The translations under genes and the position numbers were made by a program. Positions 27,329-39,304 of a stretch of DNA of 64,000 nt are shown one piece after another. Below the pieces are notes generated by a model. It did not search any database and was not told the origin of the DNA. It worked only from the letters and a program-made list of their open reading frames with translations. How positions within the stretch are numbered: the first letter of the stretch is position 1; each line of letters begins with the position of its first letter. Origin of the DNA: Flaviflexus sp. (GTDB taxonomy: Bacteria; Actinomycetota; Actinomycetes; Actinomycetales; Actinomycetaceae); the NCBI RefSeq assembly GCF_041440645.1, contig NZ_JASDVN010000047.1:2660-66659 (forward strand). The letters run 5' to 3'.

Positions 27329-28612
27329 GTGTCAGGAAACAGCTTCGACGGTGAGGTAGACGCCATCGTTGTCGGTGCGGGGCCGGGTGGCTCTGCGGCA
27401 GCGCACTATCTCGCGCAAGCCGGTCGTCACGTTCTGCTACTCGAAAAAGGCGAGTTCCCGCGCGACAAGATCTGCGGTGACGGCCTCACCCCTCGCTCCG
27501 TTGCGGAGATCATCCGCATGGGTGTCAACACCGATGGCTGGATCCGAAACTACTCTCTCGTCGCACACGGCGGCGGCCACCGCATTGAGGTTCCGTGGCC
27601 CGAGCTGAGCTCCATGCCCTCCTACGGCATGGCACGCGCACGCGGCGATCTCGACCACGACCTCGCCATGAAGGCCGTCGAGTCCGGTGCTGACCTGCGC
27701 CAGAACATGACCGTGACCGGTCCCATCATTCACGAACGCTCTGGCCGGGTCATCGGTGTGGAGGCACGCCCCAAAGGTGCTGACAAGAACGCTCCGCTCC
27801 TGCGCTTCTACGCGCCCTTCGTCATCGATGCCGGTGGTGTCTCCGCTCGCCTCGCCACCTCCGTTGGTCGCGAGAAGACCTTCAATCGCCCGATGGGTGT
27901 CGCGACCCGCACGTACTTCAAGTCCCCGCGCGCCGATGAGCCGATCATGGAATCCCACCTCGAGCTGTGGGAGGGTGAACCCGGCAAGTCCAACCTGATG
28001 CCCGGATACGGCTGGGTGTTCCCCCTCGGCAACGGCCTCGTCAACGTTGGGCTTGGTTCCCTGTCCTCCACCGCGAAGCCCACGGGCATCGACTACCGCA
28101 AGCTATTCGACACGTGGATGCAGAACGTTCCTGAGGAATGGGGATTCACGAAGGAGAACCAGGTTGGCAAAGTCAGGGGAGCCGCTCTCCCCATGGCGTT
28201 CAACCGTAAGCCCCACTACGACAAGGGCCTCCTCCTCGTTGGTGACGCCGGCGGCATGGTCTCTCCCTTCAACGGTGAGGGCATCGCGTACGCGATGCAG
28301 TCGGGCAGGCTCGCTGCCGATTTCATCAACCAGGCTCTCGCCCGCCGCACCCTCGGCCAGCAGGACCGGGTCATGCACCAGTACAGCGCTGAACTTCGCG
28401 AGGAACTGGGCGGCTACTACACGCTTGGTCGCGTCTTCGCTTCGCTCATTGAGCGGCCCGAGATCATGCACCTGTGCGTGCACTACGGGCTGCCCAGGCC
28501 GACCCTCATGAGGCTTGTCATGAAGCTGCTGTCCGACGGGTACGACCGCAGGGATGGCGACTGGATGGACAAGCTCATCACCACGCTCACGAAGTTGGTG
28601 CCGTCCGCTTGA
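27329..28612 (+). CDS. Geranylgeranyl reductase-family FAD oxidoreductase (MenJ-like menaquinone isoprenyl reductase)
   Basis: FAD motif VVGAGPGGSAAAHYLA, CGDGLTPRS and GDAGGMVSPFNGEGI. Its position between menG and prenyl and respiratory genes parallels Rv0561c (from memory). Confidence 0.8.
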   Translation: MSGNSFDGEVDAIVVGAGPGGSAAAHYLAQAGRHVLLLEKGEFPRDKICGDGLTPRSVAEIIRMGVNTDGWIRNYSLVAHGGGHRIEVPWPELSSMPSYGMARARGDLDHDLAMKAVESGADLRQNMTVTGPIIHERSGRVIGVEARPKGADKNAPLLRFYAPFVIDAGGVSARLATSVGREKTFNRPMGVATRTYFKSPRADEPIMESHLELWEGEPGKSNLMPGYGWVFPLGNGLVNVGLGSLSSTAKPTGIDYRKLFDTWMQNVPEEWGFTKENQVGKVRGAALPMAFNRKPHYDKGLLLVGDAGGMVSPFNGEGIAYAMQSGRLAADFINQALARRTLGQQDRVMHQYSAELREELGGYYTLGRVFASLIERPEIMHLCVHYGLPRPTLMRLVMKLLSDGYDRRDGDWMDKLITTLTKLVPSA

Positions 28613-28718
28613 TCCCGATTATCAGTACTGCAACACGCCACGAATTTACCGACTACCCTAGAAGTGTGAACCTGGCAGGCGATGGTTGCCTGCGGGTCGT
28701 TTGCGCAATGGAGGCGAA

Positions 28719-29078
28719 ATGAACCCCTATACCCCGATACTCCTCATGATCGTCGTGGCGCTTGTGGTCGCCATCGGCGGTCTTGTCGCGACCGGCTTTC
28801 TTGGTACCAAACGGTACAACCGCGTCAAGGTCGCGAATTACGAATGCGGCGTTGAGGCGACCCCGAATGCGGGAACAGCGGGACGTTTCCCCATCAAGTA
28901 CTACCTAACCGCCATGACGTTCATCATCTTCGATATTGAAGTGGTGTTCCTGTACCCGTGGGCGGTGTCGTTCGACAAGCTGGGAGCCTTCGGGCTCATT
29001 GCAGTTTTGACATTCATTTTCCTGATCACCGTGCCGTTCGTTTACGAGTGGCGCCGCGGCGGCCTGGAATGGGACTGA
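28719..29078 (+). CDS. nuoA: NADH-quinone oxidoreductase subunit A
   Basis: 119 aa, 3 TM, motif YECG and FIIFDIEVVFLYPWA. ATG follows GGAGG. Confidence 0.9.
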   Translation: MNPYTPILLMIVVALVVAIGGLVATGFLGTKRYNRVKVANYECGVEATPNAGTAGRFPIKYYLTAMTFIIFDIEVVFLYPWAVSFDKLGAFGLIAVLTFIFLITVPFVYEWRRGGLEWD

Positions 29079-29089
29079 GGAGATAAATC

Positions 29090-29650
29090 ATGGCACATTC
29101 GCATGACGATGATGGATCGCCGGGCATCATGCTCACCACCATTGAGGGCCTGGCAGGTTGGGGACGTTCCCGTTCCCAGTGGCCGGTCACAATGGGACTT
29201 GCGTGCTGCGCCATCGAGATGATGGCCGCGGGTACCCCGCGCTTCGACATGGCCCGCTTCGGTCTCGAAGTGTTCCGCGCCTCGCCCCGCCACGCTGACC
29301 TCATGATCGTGTCCGGTCGCGTCAGCCACCGCATGGCACCGGTTGTACGCAACATCTACGACCAGATGGCGGAGCCCAAGTGGGTTATCTCCATGGGTGT
29401 CTGCGCCTCCTCGGGCGGCATGTTCAACAACTACGCCATCGTTCAGGGTGTCGACCACATTGTTCCGGTCGACATCTACCTGCCCGGATGCCCGCCGCGT
29501 CCCGAGATGCTCATCAACTCCGTGCTCGAGCTACGCAAGCTCATTGCGGACGAGAAGTTCTTCGGACACCGCAAGGCGATTGCTCGCCGCGCAGAGCAGG
29601 CAGCTCTTGAAGCCACACCCACCCACGAGATGAAGGGACTGCTCGCGTGA
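29090..29650 (+). CDS. nuoB: NADH-quinone oxidoreductase subunit B
   Basis: N2 cluster ligands ([26 protein letters not shown]). Confidence 0.95.
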   Translation: MAHSHDDDGSPGIMLTTIEGLAGWGRSRSQWPVTMGLACCAIEMMAAGTPRFDMARFGLEVFRASPRHADLMIVSGRVSHRMAPVVRNIYDQMAEPKWVISMGVCASSGGMFNNYAIVQGVDHIVPVDIYLPGCPPRPEMLINSVLELRKLIADEKFFGHRKAIARRAEQAALEATPTHEMKGLLA

Positions 29651-30345
29651 CCGAGAACGAACTAGCGCGTGGCGGACGCCCAAACCTGGAAGTCATCGCC
29701 ACCTCCCAGCGCCAGTGGGGAGTGAAGGGATCCGGTGACACCTCCGGATTCGGGACCCTCGAGCAGACGGTCACGATTTCCCCGGCAGCTCAGCGCCCCT
29801 ACGGCTCCTGGTTTGATGAGGCCGTCGATATTCTTGTCGAACTCATTACAGCTGAGGGACTCAACCCCGAGTCCGTGATCGAGAAGGTCGTCATCGACCG
29901 CGGCCAGCTCATCCTCTTCATCGTCAAGGAACATTCGCCGATGGTGGCGAAGATGCTCCGCGACGACCAGGATCTTCGTTTCGAACTGTGCCTCGGCTCG
30001 TCCGCCGTTCACTACCCGTCAGATCCGGGCAGGGAGCTGCACGCCTACACGGCACTGTTCTCCATTACTCACAACCGCCAGATCGCGATCGAGGTCGTGT
30101 GCTCCGACGAGGATCCGCACATGCCGACACTGACGGCTGTTTACCCCGGTAACGACTGGCACGAGCGCGAAGCTTGGGACCTCATGGGCATCGTGTTCGA
30201 TGATCACCCGGGTCTCACCCGCACCGCCATGCCGGACGACTGGCAGGGCCACCCGCAGCGCAAGGACTACCCGCTCGGCGGCATCCCGGTCGAATACAAG
30301 GGCGCGGTCGTACCGCCGCCGGATACTCGCAGGAGCTACAACTGA
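29647..30345 (+). CDS. nuoC: NADH-quinone oxidoreductase subunit C
   Basis: 30-kDa subunit motif ([16 protein letters not shown]...DYPL). Start overlaps the nuoB stop. Confidence 0.9.
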   Translation: MTENELARGGRPNLEVIATSQRQWGVKGSGDTSGFGTLEQTVTISPAAQRPYGSWFDEAVDILVELITAEGLNPESVIEKVVIDRGQLILFIVKEHSPMVAKMLRDDQDLRFELCLGSSAVHYPSDPGRELHAYTALFSITHNRQIAIEVVCSDEDPHMPTLTAVYPGNDWHEREAWDLMGIVFDDHPGLTRTAMPDDWQGHPQRKDYPLGGIPVEYKGAVVPPPDTRRSYN

Positions 30346-31697
30346 TGACTACAGATTCCCGGTTCCACGCCACCTCCGGCGCTACCGAAGAGGACCTGAA
30401 TTCGGCACCCCAGCACCACGCAGAGGGCGGCGACTGGTCGGACCTGACGGCTGAGGCTGAACGCCTGGGCGAAGAGCGCATCGTCGTCAACATGGGCCCA
30501 GTCCACCCCTCCACCCACGGCGTGTTCCGCCTGCTCCTGGAGCTTGACGGTGAGTACGTGCGCGAGTTGCGCTCCTCCACCGGCTACCTCCACACCGGCA
30601 TCGAGAAGAACATGGAGTACCGCACCTGGGTTCAGGGCGTTGCCTTCTGTACCCGCATGGACTACGTGGCCCCCTTCTTCCAGGAGGTCGGTTACGCCCT
30701 CGCCGTTGAGAAGCTTCTCGGCATCACGGACCAGGTTCCGCGCCGCGCCTCTCAGATCCGCGTGCTCCTCATGGAGCTCAACCGCATCGCCTCCCACCTG
30801 GTCGCCATCGCATCGAGCAACAACGAGCTCGGCGCAACCACGATGATGACCCTGGGCTTCCGCGGTCGTGAAGACATCCTGCGCATCTTCGAACGCATCA
30901 CCGGCCTTCGCATGAACCACTCCTACGTCCGCCCCGGCGGCCTTCCCGACGATTTCCCCGAGGGCACGATTGAGTACATTCGTGAGCTCCTCCCGAACGT
31001 CAAGAAGACTCTGGAAGAGATGCAGGACGTTGTCGTGCAGAACCCGATCTTCAAGGCCCGCCACGTTGATATCGCCACCATGCCGATTGCTGGCATGCTG
31101 GCACTCGGCATGACCGGACCGAACCTCCGCGCAGCCGGCCTGCCCTTCGACCTGCGTAAGACTCAGCCGTACTGCGGCTACGAGAACTACGAGTTCGAGG
31201 TTCCCACGGCAGACAAGTCGGATGCCTACAACCGTGCAGTCATCCGCTTCGCGGAAGCATACGAGTCGCTTCACATCGTCTACCAGGTTCTCGAGGACCT
31301 GGAGGAGAGCGAAGGCGAACCTGTCATGGTCGAGAATCCGAAGATTGCGTGGCCGTCGAAGATGTCGATTGGTAACGACGGCCAGGGCCAGTCGTACGAG
31401 CACATCAAGGAGATCATGAACGACTCCATGGAGTCGCTCATCCACCACTTCAAGCTCGTGACGGAAGGCTTCTCGGTTCCCCCGGGCCAGACCTACCAGC
31501 TCGTCGAGCACGCCAAGGGCACCCTCGGCGTGCACCTCGTGTCCGCAGGTGGCACACGGCCCTACCGTGCGCACTTCCGTGACCCGGGATTCTCCAACCT
31601 ACAGTCGCTGGGGATGATGAGCGAGGGCGGCATGCTCTCCGACGTCATCATTGCCCTCGCATCAATCGACCCGGTGATGGGAGGCGTTGATCGCTAA
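30345..31697 (+). CDS. nuoD: NADH-quinone oxidoreductase subunit D
   Basis: 49-kDa subunit ([36 protein letters not shown]). Confidence 0.95.
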   Translation: MTTDSRFHATSGATEEDLNSAPQHHAEGGDWSDLTAEAERLGEERIVVNMGPVHPSTHGVFRLLLELDGEYVRELRSSTGYLHTGIEKNMEYRTWVQGVAFCTRMDYVAPFFQEVGYALAVEKLLGITDQVPRRASQIRVLLMELNRIASHLVAIASSNNELGATTMMTLGFRGREDILRIFERITGLRMNHSYVRPGGLPDDFPEGTIEYIRELLPNVKKTLEEMQDVVVQNPIFKARHVDIATMPIAGMLALGMTGPNLRAAGLPFDLRKTQPYCGYENYEFEVPTADKSDAYNRAVIRFAEAYESLHIVYQVLEDLEESEGEPVMVENPKIAWPSKMSIGNDGQGQSYEHIKEIMNDSMESLIHHFKLVTEGFSVPPGQTYQLVEHAKGTLGVHLVSAGGTRPYRAHFRDPGFSNLQSLGMMSEGGMLSDVIIALASIDPVMGGVDR

Positions 31698-32374
31698 TGT
31701 CCGAACGTTTTGAGCCGGAAGTCGAGTCCCGACTCCGCGATGACATGGCACAGATTATTGCCAGGTACCCGGATGACAGGTCCGCGCTTCTCCCGATGCT
31801 GCACCTGGTCCAGTCCGAAGACGGCTACGTGTCGCCCCGCGGCATCGGCCTGTGCGCCGACGTCCTCGGCCTCACCCGTGCAGAGGTGTCGGCTGTTGCC
31901 ACCTTCTACTCGCAGTACCGACGCCGCCCCAACGGTGAATACAACGTTGGCGTGTGCACGAACGCGCTGTGCGCAGTCATGGGTGGTGACATCATCTGGG
32001 ACAAGCTCTCCGAGCACCTGGGTATCGGTCACGACCAGACCACCGCGGATGGCAAGATCACGCTCGAGCAGCTCGAGTGCAACGCCGCCTGCGATTACGC
32101 ACCGGTTATCATGGTGAACTGGGAGTTCTTCGACAACCAGACACCGGCCTCCGCCATCGACATCGTTACGAAGATTACGAACGGCGAGGATATCAAGCCC
32201 ACCCGTGGCCCCAACAAGGTCCACACGTTTAAAGAGGTCTCCCGAACCCTCGCTGGTTTCGAGGACGGCCTTGTCGATGAAGGCATCGGTGCAGGTCCGG
32301 AATCTCTCGTGGGTCTCAATCTCGCGCGTCAGAACGGCTGGACCGCACCTCAAGCAGGGGAGGAGTCACGATGA
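31697..32374 (+). CDS. nuoE: NADH-quinone oxidoreductase subunit E
   Basis: 24-kDa 2Fe-2S subunit (VCTNALCAVMGG, ECNAACDYAP). Confidence 0.9.
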   Translation: MSERFEPEVESRLRDDMAQIIARYPDDRSALLPMLHLVQSEDGYVSPRGIGLCADVLGLTRAEVSAVATFYSQYRRRPNGEYNVGVCTNALCAVMGGDIIWDKLSEHLGIGHDQTTADGKITLEQLECNAACDYAPVIMVNWEFFDNQTPASAIDIVTKITNGEDIKPTRGPNKVHTFKEVSRTLAGFEDGLVDEGIGAGPESLVGLNLARQNGWTAPQAGEESR

Positions 32375-33699
32375 CTGAGCAAGCACACGCTGTGACACTG
32401 GCTCCGGTCATCTCAAACCTTTGGGATGTTCCGCAGTCATGGAAGCTCGACACGTACCGCCAGCACGGTGGTTACGAAGGTCTCGCAAAGGCGTGGGACT
32501 ACGGAGATGGTGAACTCACGGAACTCGTCAAGGCCTCCGGCCTGCGCGGCCGTGGTGGCGCCGGCTTCCCAACCGGCCTCAAGTGGTCGTTCCTGCCACC
32601 CGCCGATGGTGGACCCCGCTACCTCGTGGTCAATGCCGACGAGTCCGAGCCGGGTACCTGCAAGGACATCCCGACTCTCATGGCGAACCCGCACGCCCTC
32701 GTTGAGGGCATGGCGATCTGTCTGCGTGCAATCGGTGGGCATCACGGCTTCGTCTACCTGCGTGGCGAGGTCGTCCACGTGTACCGCCGACTCATGGCAG
32801 CGGTGCGCGAAGCCTACGACGCCGGTCTGCTCGGCAAGGGACTTGGCCCGAACGGCGACTACGACATCGACATCACGGTTCACGCCGGTGCGGGCGCCTA
32901 CATCTGTGGTGAGGAGACCGCGCTCCTCGACTCCCTCGAGGGACGCCGCGGCCAGCCCCGCCTGAAGCCGCCGTTCCCGGCAGCGAAGGGTTACCTGGCA
33001 CGCCCCACCGTTATCAACAACGTTGAGACCATTTCCTCCGTTCCCACGATCGTGAAGAACGGCGCCGAGTGGTTCTCCTCCATGGGCACCGAACGTTCGA
33101 AGGGACATGGCTTCTTCTCGATCTCGGGTCACGTCAAGAACCCGGGCCAGTACGAGGCTCCCTTCGGCATCACCATGCGCGAGCTTCTGGAGATGGCGGG
33201 CGGTGTCCGCGAGGGTCACGAACTGAAGTTCTGGACCCCCGGCGGTTCCTCCACTCCGCTCCTTGGCCCCGAGCACCTTGATGTGCCCCTCGGCTACGAG
33301 GAGATCGTCCAGGCCGGTTCCATGCTTGCAACCCGTGCGCTCCAGGTCTTCGACGAAACCACCTCCGTTGTGCGCGTCATCCGCGGCTGGATTGACTTCT
33401 ACCAGCACGAGTCGTGCGGCAAGTGCACCCCGTGCCGCGAGGGCACGTTCTGGATGCGTCAAGTCATGCACCGCCTCGAAGCCGGTAAGGGCCTGCCCAC
33501 CGACGTCGACATGCTGTACGAGATCGCAGGCAACATTGCCGGCCGCTCGTTCTGCGCACTCGGCGACGCCGCCGCAACTCCGGTCCAGTCCGGAATCACG
33601 AAGTTCCGGGAGGAATTCGAAGCAGGTCTCACGACGCCCGCTTGGGAACTGTTCCCGTACGAAAAGTCCGCACTCTTCACTGAAGTAGGTGTCTCATGA
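32371..33699 (+). CDS. nuoF: NADH-quinone oxidoreductase subunit F
   Basis: FMN/NADH site (GRGGAGFPTGLKW, GAGAYICGEETALL) and N3 cluster (ESCGKCTPCREG). Confidence 0.95.
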   Translation: MTEQAHAVTLAPVISNLWDVPQSWKLDTYRQHGGYEGLAKAWDYGDGELTELVKASGLRGRGGAGFPTGLKWSFLPPADGGPRYLVVNADESEPGTCKDIPTLMANPHALVEGMAICLRAIGGHHGFVYLRGEVVHVYRRLMAAVREAYDAGLLGKGLGPNGDYDIDITVHAGAGAYICGEETALLDSLEGRRGQPRLKPPFPAAKGYLARPTVINNVETISSVPTIVKNGAEWFSSMGTERSKGHGFFSISGHVKNPGQYEAPFGITMRELLEMAGGVREGHELKFWTPGGSSTPLLGPEHLDVPLGYEEIVQAGSMLATRALQVFDETTSVVRVIRGWIDFYQHESCGKCTPCREGTFWMRQVMHRLEAGKGLPTDVDMLYEIAGNIAGRSFCALGDAAATPVQSGITKFREEFEAGLTTPAWELFPYEKSALFTEVGVS

Positions 33700-36272
33700 C
33701 AGCGACCGAAACCGATCTTGTCAACATCAAGGTTGACGGTCAGGATGTAGCTGTTCCGCAGGGAACGCTCATCATCCGTGCCGCCGAGCAGGCCGGCATC
33801 CGCATTCCTCGCTTCTGCGACCACCCCCTCCTGAAGCCCGCTGGCGCCTGCCGCCAGTGCCTCGTCGAGGTGGCTCGCCCCGGACGCGACGGCAACCTAG
33901 CGAAGGGCCCGAAGCCCGTGGCGTCCTGCGCTGAGGCAGTCAGCCCCGGCATGGAGGTCTACACCCAGAACACCTCCGAGGTGTCCGAGAAGGCGCAGCA
34001 CGGAATCATGGAGTTCCTGCTGATTAACCACCCGCTCGACTGCCCCATCTGCGATAAGGGTGGCGAATGCCCCCTCCAGAACCAGGCAATGTCGGAGGGT
34101 CGCGGCACCTCCCGCTTCACCGACATCAAGCGCACCTTCCCGAAGCCGATCAAGGTCTCCTCCCAGATCCTGCTCGACCGCGACCGTTGCATCCTCTGCC
34201 AGCGCTGCACGCGCTTCCAGTCGGAGATCGCCGGTGACGCGTTCATCCAGCTCCAGGGTCGTGGCGGCGGTAGCGTCGGCTACGACGTGCACGGCCTCCA
34301 CGGCTCCCAGATCGGCAACTTCGATGCTGCGGTTCTCGGATTCGATTCCGGCGAGGGTGTGACCACCCAGGTCGAGGACTTCGAGAACTCCGGACCCCAC
34401 GGCGAAGCCGGCCTCGTTGTTGGCATGACTCCCGGACCGATCGGTGAGGCCGAACTGGACGAGTCGGGTCGCCCCTTCTCCTCCTACTTCTCCGGCAACA
34501 CCATCCAGATCTGCCCCGTCGGTGCGCTCACTTCGGCAACCTACCGGTTCCGTTCGCGCCCCTTCGACCTGGTGTCCGTCCCGTCCGTGACCGAGCACGA
34601 TGCCTCCGGCTCCGACATTCGCGTCGACTTCCGCCGCGGCACCGTCCTTCGCCGGCTCGCAGGCAACGACCCCGAGGTCAACGAAGAGTGGATCACCGAC
34701 AAGGACCGTTTCGCGTTCCGCTGGCAGAACGGCGACGATCGCATCACCGTTCCCCACGTACGTGACGAGTCCGGTCAGCTGGTTCCCACCTCCTGGGCGG
34801 ACGCCGTTGACGTTGCGGCCCGCGGCCTCGAGGCCGCGGGCGCCACCGGCGTCCTCACCGGTGGCCGCCTTCCCCTTGAGGATGTGTACGCGTACTCGAA
34901 GTTCGCCCGCACCGTCCTTAAGACCAACAACATTGACTTCCGCACCCGCGTCACCACCGAGGAAGAGGACCAGTTCCTTGCCTCCAGCGTGGTTGGCACG
35001 GGCCTTGGTGTCACCTACAAGGAAATTGAGAAGGCAAACCACGTTCTCCTCGTCGGCCTCGAGCCGGAAGAGGAATGCGGCTCCATCTTCCTCCGCCTGC
35101 GCAAGGGCGTCCTGGCCAAGACCACCTCGGTCTCGGTCCTCGCGCCGTTCGCAACCCGCGGCACGCTGAAGATGTCGGGAACGCTTGTGACCGCAGCACC
35201 GGGTACCGAACCCTCGGTCCTCGCCGCCGTCACAGCAGATTCCCCCGCCGAGCACCTCAAGGCACTGCACGAGCGCCTCACCGATGGTGTCATCCTCGTG
35301 GGCGAACGCGCCGCCGAAACCCCGGGCACGCTGTCCGCTGTCCTGGATCTCGCGGAGCGCACGAACGCACGCATTGCTTGGGTTCCGAGGCGAGCAGGTG
35401 ACCGCGCAGCCGTCGAGGTTGGCGCACTGCCGTTCCTGCTTCCCGCAGGTCGCCCCGTCACCGACAGCCAGGCACGCGTTGACCTTGGCATCACGTGGAC
35501 GGATTCGAAGGCTGACGAACCTGGCCTCAACACGGTCGGCATGCTCGAGCAGGCCCGCGCCGGTCAGCTCGCACTCATCACCGCCGGCGTGGAACTAGCC
35601 GATCTTCCGGCCGGAGCCAAGGAAGCGTTCGAGAACGCACCGGTCGTCATCTCCCTTGAGGTGCGCCGCTCCAACATCACGGCCCAGGCCGATGTTGTGT
35701 TCCCGGTTGCTCCTCCTGTTGAGAAGGGCGGCACCTTCATTAACTGGGAGGGTCGCGAACGCCCCTTCGGTCAGGTTCTCACCTCGACCGCTCTCACCGA
35801 CCGCCAGGTCCTTGCCGAAATCGCCGAGGAACTCGGTGTCGACCTTGGCCTGCCCACCCTCGAGGCCGTGCACGCGGAATACCGTGAGCTGGTCGACTGG
35901 GATGGTGCCCGGATCGAGCGCCCGCGCGTAGCCGCAGGCGAGACTCCGGCACCGGGGGAGACGGAAGCTGTTCTGTCGACCTGGAACCTCATGATCGACG
36001 ATGGTCGCCTGCAGGACTTCGAGCCGCACCTGGCCGGTACTGCGCACCGCGCCATCGCACGCATCTCTCCCGCCACCGCCGAGGCTCTCGGTGTTGGCAG
36101 GGATTCGAAGATCACCGTCACGGGTCCCGCCGGTTCCATCACGGTCCCGGTTGTGCTTTCGCACATGCCCGATCGTGTCGTGTGGCTTCCCAAGAAGTCC
36201 CCGGCCTGCCACGTGGCAGACCTGGGTGCCGCTCCCGGCGGCATCGTGTCACTAGCAGCGGAGGTTAACTAA
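33696..36272 (+). CDS. nuoG: NADH-quinone oxidoreductase subunit G
   Basis: 858 aa. 2Fe-2S and 4Fe-4S motifs (CRQCLVEV, HPLDCPICDKGGECPLQ, CILCQRCTR) and a molybdopterin-like domain. Confidence 0.95.
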   Translation: MTATETDLVNIKVDGQDVAVPQGTLIIRAAEQAGIRIPRFCDHPLLKPAGACRQCLVEVARPGRDGNLAKGPKPVASCAEAVSPGMEVYTQNTSEVSEKAQHGIMEFLLINHPLDCPICDKGGECPLQNQAMSEGRGTSRFTDIKRTFPKPIKVSSQILLDRDRCILCQRCTRFQSEIAGDAFIQLQGRGGGSVGYDVHGLHGSQIGNFDAAVLGFDSGEGVTTQVEDFENSGPHGEAGLVVGMTPGPIGEAELDESGRPFSSYFSGNTIQICPVGALTSATYRFRSRPFDLVSVPSVTEHDASGSDIRVDFRRGTVLRRLAGNDPEVNEEWITDKDRFAFRWQNGDDRITVPHVRDESGQLVPTSWADAVDVAARGLEAAGATGVLTGGRLPLEDVYAYSKFARTVLKTNNIDFRTRVTTEEEDQFLASSVVGTGLGVTYKEIEKANHVLLVGLEPEEECGSIFLRLRKGVLAKTTSVSVLAPFATRGTLKMSGTLVTAAPGTEPSVLAAVTADSPAEHLKALHERLTDGVILVGERAAETPGTLSAVLDLAERTNARIAWVPRRAGDRAAVEVGALPFLLPAGRPVTDSQARVDLGITWTDSKADEPGLNTVGMLEQARAGQLALITAGVELADLPAGAKEAFENAPVVISLEVRRSNITAQADVVFPVAPPVEKGGTFINWEGRERPFGQVLTSTALTDRQVLAEIAEELGVDLGLPTLEAVHAEYRELVDWDGARIERPRVAAGETPAPGETEAVLSTWNLMIDDGRLQDFEPHLAGTAHRAIARISPATAEALGVGRDSKITVTGPAGSITVPVVLSHMPDRVVWLPKKSPACHVADLGAAPGGIVSLAAEVN

Positions 36273-37609
36273 TGCTCACCTCATTTCCTGCCGCCATGGC
36301 GGAACCGGTAGCGGACTTCTCGCAGGACACCTGGTGGATCTGGCTCATTAAGGCCGTCTTCATTGTCCTGTACCTCATCCTTTCCGTGATCCTTGCCCTC
36401 TGGGTGGAGCGTCGCGCGCTCGGTCGCATGCAGAACCGCCTCGGCCCCAACGTTGTTGGTTTCCTCGGTTTCGGTCAGGCATTCGCCGACGCCATCAAGC
36501 TCATGCTGAAGGAAGATATTTCCCTCAAGGGAGCAGAGAAGGTCATTTACTTCGTTGCTCCCGCGATCTCCGCACTGTGTGCGTTCTCGATCTACGCGGT
36601 CATGCCCTTCGGTCCGCAGGTGTCGATGTTCGGCATCGAGACGCCGTTGCAGCTGGCCGACTCCTCGGTTGCACTGCTCTACATCCTCGCGGTTGCTTCG
36701 CTCGGTGTGTACGGTCTCGTGCTCGGTGGTTGGGCTTCGAACTCGACCTACCCGCTGCTCGGTGGCGTTCGCTCCGCAGCCCAGGTCATCTCCTACGAAC
36801 TCGCGATGGGTCTTTCCCTCCTGTCCGTGTTCCTCGTGGCCGGCACCATGTCGACCTCGTCGCTGGTGGAGGGACAGACGGACCTGTGGAACGTCTTCAT
36901 CTGCCTCCCCGCGTTCGTCACCTACTTCATCTCCATGGTGGGCGAAGTCAACCGCCTGCCCTTCGACCTTCCCGAGGCTGAGGGCGAGCTCGTTGCCGGT
37001 CACACGACCGAGTACTCCGCCATGAAGTTCGGCTGGTTCTACCTGTCTGAGTACATCAACATGCTGAACGTGTCGTCCGTGGCCGTCGTCGTGTTCCTCG
37101 GCGGCTGGCGCACCCCGTGGCCTCTGTCCGCCATCAACGACGGCATGTTCAACGAGGGCTGGTGGCCCATGCTCTGGTTCTTCCTCAAGACCTGGGTCCT
37201 CATGTTCTGCCTCGTCTGGATCCGCGGCACCCTGCTGCGCATGCGCTACGACCACTTCATGAAGCTGGGTTGGAAGGTTCTGATCCCGGTTGCTCTTGGT
37301 TGGCTCGTTGCCGTCGCCATCATCCAGGGCATCGGTTCCTTCACCGACATCGACACCCAGATGATCCTCATCGTTCTCGCAGCGATCTTCCTCGTCATCT
37401 TCGCCGTCCTCTGGTTCATCGAGGACAAGTCGGATCCGAAGGAAGTTGCCGCCGATGGCAGCATCTCCGATCCGAAGGACGACTTCGATGCATACGCGGG
37501 CGGCTTCCCCGTCCCGCCGCTGCCGGGACAACAGCTCCCGCCGTCGCCCAGAGCCAAGCGCGCACCCGCCTACTCGTCTACCGCAAAGGAGGCAGATTCT
37601 GATGAGTGA
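36272..37609 (+). CDS. nuoH: NADH-quinone oxidoreductase subunit H
   Basis: ND1 homolog ([35 protein letters not shown]) with a hydrophilic C-terminal tail. Confidence 0.95.
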   Translation: MLTSFPAAMAEPVADFSQDTWWIWLIKAVFIVLYLILSVILALWVERRALGRMQNRLGPNVVGFLGFGQAFADAIKLMLKEDISLKGAEKVIYFVAPAISALCAFSIYAVMPFGPQVSMFGIETPLQLADSSVALLYILAVASLGVYGLVLGGWASNSTYPLLGGVRSAAQVISYELAMGLSLLSVFLVAGTMSTSSLVEGQTDLWNVFICLPAFVTYFISMVGEVNRLPFDLPEAEGELVAGHTTEYSAMKFGWFYLSEYINMLNVSSVAVVVFLGGWRTPWPLSAINDGMFNEGWWPMLWFFLKTWVLMFCLVWIRGTLLRMRYDHFMKLGWKVLIPVALGWLVAVAIIQGIGSFTDIDTQMILIVLAAIFLVIFAVLWFIEDKSDPKEVAADGSISDPKDDFDAYAGGFPVPPLPGQQLPPSPRAKRAPAYSSTAKEADSDE

Positions 37610-38270
37610 GAACTCGAAGGAACGCCGCCCGATTGACCCGGCACTCTACACCCCGAAGAAGAAAGGTGCCATTGGCAAGTTCTTCGCACCCGTCGCCGGC
37701 TTCGGTGTCACGTTCTCGACAATGTTCCGTCCGCACGTGACCGAAGAGTACCCGTTCAAGCGCACACCAACCCAGCCGCGCTTCCACGGCCGCCACCAGC
37801 TGAATCGCTACGCGGACGGCCTGGAGCGATGCATTGGCTGCGAGCTGTGCGCGTGGGCGTGCCCGGCCGACGCCATTTACGTCGAGGCCGGTGCCAACAC
37901 TCCGGATGAGCAGTACGCACCGGGTGAACGCTACGGCAAGGTGTACCAGATCAACTACCTGCGCTGCATTCTCTGCGGCCTGTGCATCCAAGCGTGCCCG
38001 ACGCGCGCGCTGACGATGACGAACGAGTTCGATTCCCTCGTGGGTCCCACTCGCGAATCCCTCATCTTCGAGAAGCAGGATCTGCTTGCTCCGATGCTGG
38101 ACGGCATGCTGGCCGCACCCCACCCGATGGTGGAAGGCACCACGGATGATGACTACTACCGGAACGAAGTCACCGGCCCCACCAAGGAGCAGATCGACTG
38201 GGTTTCGGCACGTCGCCCCGAAGATCCGACCCTGCAGTCGGTCCGTCCCGTTGAGGAGGCAAGGAAGTGA
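37602..38270 (+). CDS. nuoI: NADH-quinone oxidoreductase subunit I
   Basis: Two 4Fe-4S ferredoxin motifs ([24 protein letters not shown]). ATG 37602 follows AAGGAGG. The ORF-track start 37446 lies inside nuoH. Confidence 0.95.
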   Translation: MSENSKERRPIDPALYTPKKKGAIGKFFAPVAGFGVTFSTMFRPHVTEEYPFKRTPTQPRFHGRHQLNRYADGLERCIGCELCAWACPADAIYVEAGANTPDEQYAPGERYGKVYQINYLRCILCGLCIQACPTRALTMTNEFDSLVGPTRESLIFEKQDLLAPMLDGMLAAPHPMVEGTTDDDYYRNEVTGPTKEQIDWVSARRPEDPTLQSVRPVEEARK

Positions 38271-39304
38271 ACCCGTTCCTGAGCACCGGAATTGATCCGG
38301 TTACCGGGACAGTGACCACGGGAGAGACCATTCTTTTCTGGGTGCTCGCACCGCTCATGGTGATCGCTGCCCTCGGACTGCTCTTCGCTAAGAAGGCCGT
38401 GTTCGCCACGGTCTCGGTCGTGGCCGTCATGATCATGCTCGCGTTCCTCTACGTCGCTCTCGAGGCACCGTTCCTCGGTGTCGTACAGGTGATCGTGTAC
38501 ACGGGCGCCATCATGATGCTGTTCCTGTTCGTCCTCATGCTCGTGGGCGTCGACTCCTCCGACTCGAACGTCGAGTCGATCAGGGGTCAGCGCTGGATCG
38601 CGGGCCTCGGCGGACTCGGCCTCCTCATCGTCCTCGGTGGCGCACTGTTCGCCTCCACCGACATGCCGACCCCGGTTGGTATGGAGCAGGTCAACGCGGA
38701 GTCGAACCCCGTTGCGGTCGCCTCCGACATCTTCGGCAACCACGTGCTTGGCATGGAGCTATCCGGCGCCCTGCTCATCACGGCCGCCATGGGCGCGATG
38801 GTGTTGACGCACCGCGAACGCCTGAAGCCGCGCAAGACGCAGCTCGATGTGGCGAACGAGAAGATGATGGCGTACGCCGAGTCCGGCGCGCACCCGGGCC
38901 AGCTGCCCAACGCCGGTGTGTACGCCGAGTCGAATTCGTCGACCAACCCGGCTCTCACGGCTGGAGGCAAGCCCGTCGAGGAGTCCGTGTCCCGCATTCT
39001 TCGCATCCGTGGTCAGGCCCGCACCGTCGGCGAGATCTCGCCCAAGACCGTCGAGCGAATTGCTCGCGCCAGCGAGACCAGCCCCGGTCTGGACGGACCC
39101 ACCACGTACGGCAAGACCGGTACAGCTGGACTCCCGGGCATGCCCGGCACTCCTGCGCCGCTCGCGCCCACCCAGTCGACTGAGGCTGTGAAGCCCGCCC
39201 CTGCCTTCGATGAGGAGGCACAGTCTGACGACGTGCCCACCGCCGCTGAAACTCAGGCTGCCGAAGAGGTCAAGCCAGATTCTTCTAAGGAGGAGAACAA
39301 GTGA
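38267..39304 (+). CDS. nuoJ: NADH-quinone oxidoreductase subunit J, with a roughly 150-aa low-complexity C-terminal extension
   Basis: ND6-like TM core (residues 1-190), then a Pro/Ala/Glu/Thr-rich tail. Confidence 0.9.
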   Translation: MNPFLSTGIDPVTGTVTTGETILFWVLAPLMVIAALGLLFAKKAVFATVSVVAVMIMLAFLYVALEAPFLGVVQVIVYTGAIMMLFLFVLMLVGVDSSDSNVESIRGQRWIAGLGGLGLLIVLGGALFASTDMPTPVGMEQVNAESNPVAVASDIFGNHVLGMELSGALLITAAMGAMVLTHRERLKPRKTQLDVANEKMMAYAESGAHPGQLPNAGVYAESNSSTNPALTAGGKPVEESVSRILRIRGQARTVGEISPKTVERIARASETSPGLDGPTTYGKTGTAGLPGMPGTPAPLAPTQSTEAVKPAPAFDEEAQSDDVPTAAETQAAEEVKPDSSKEENK

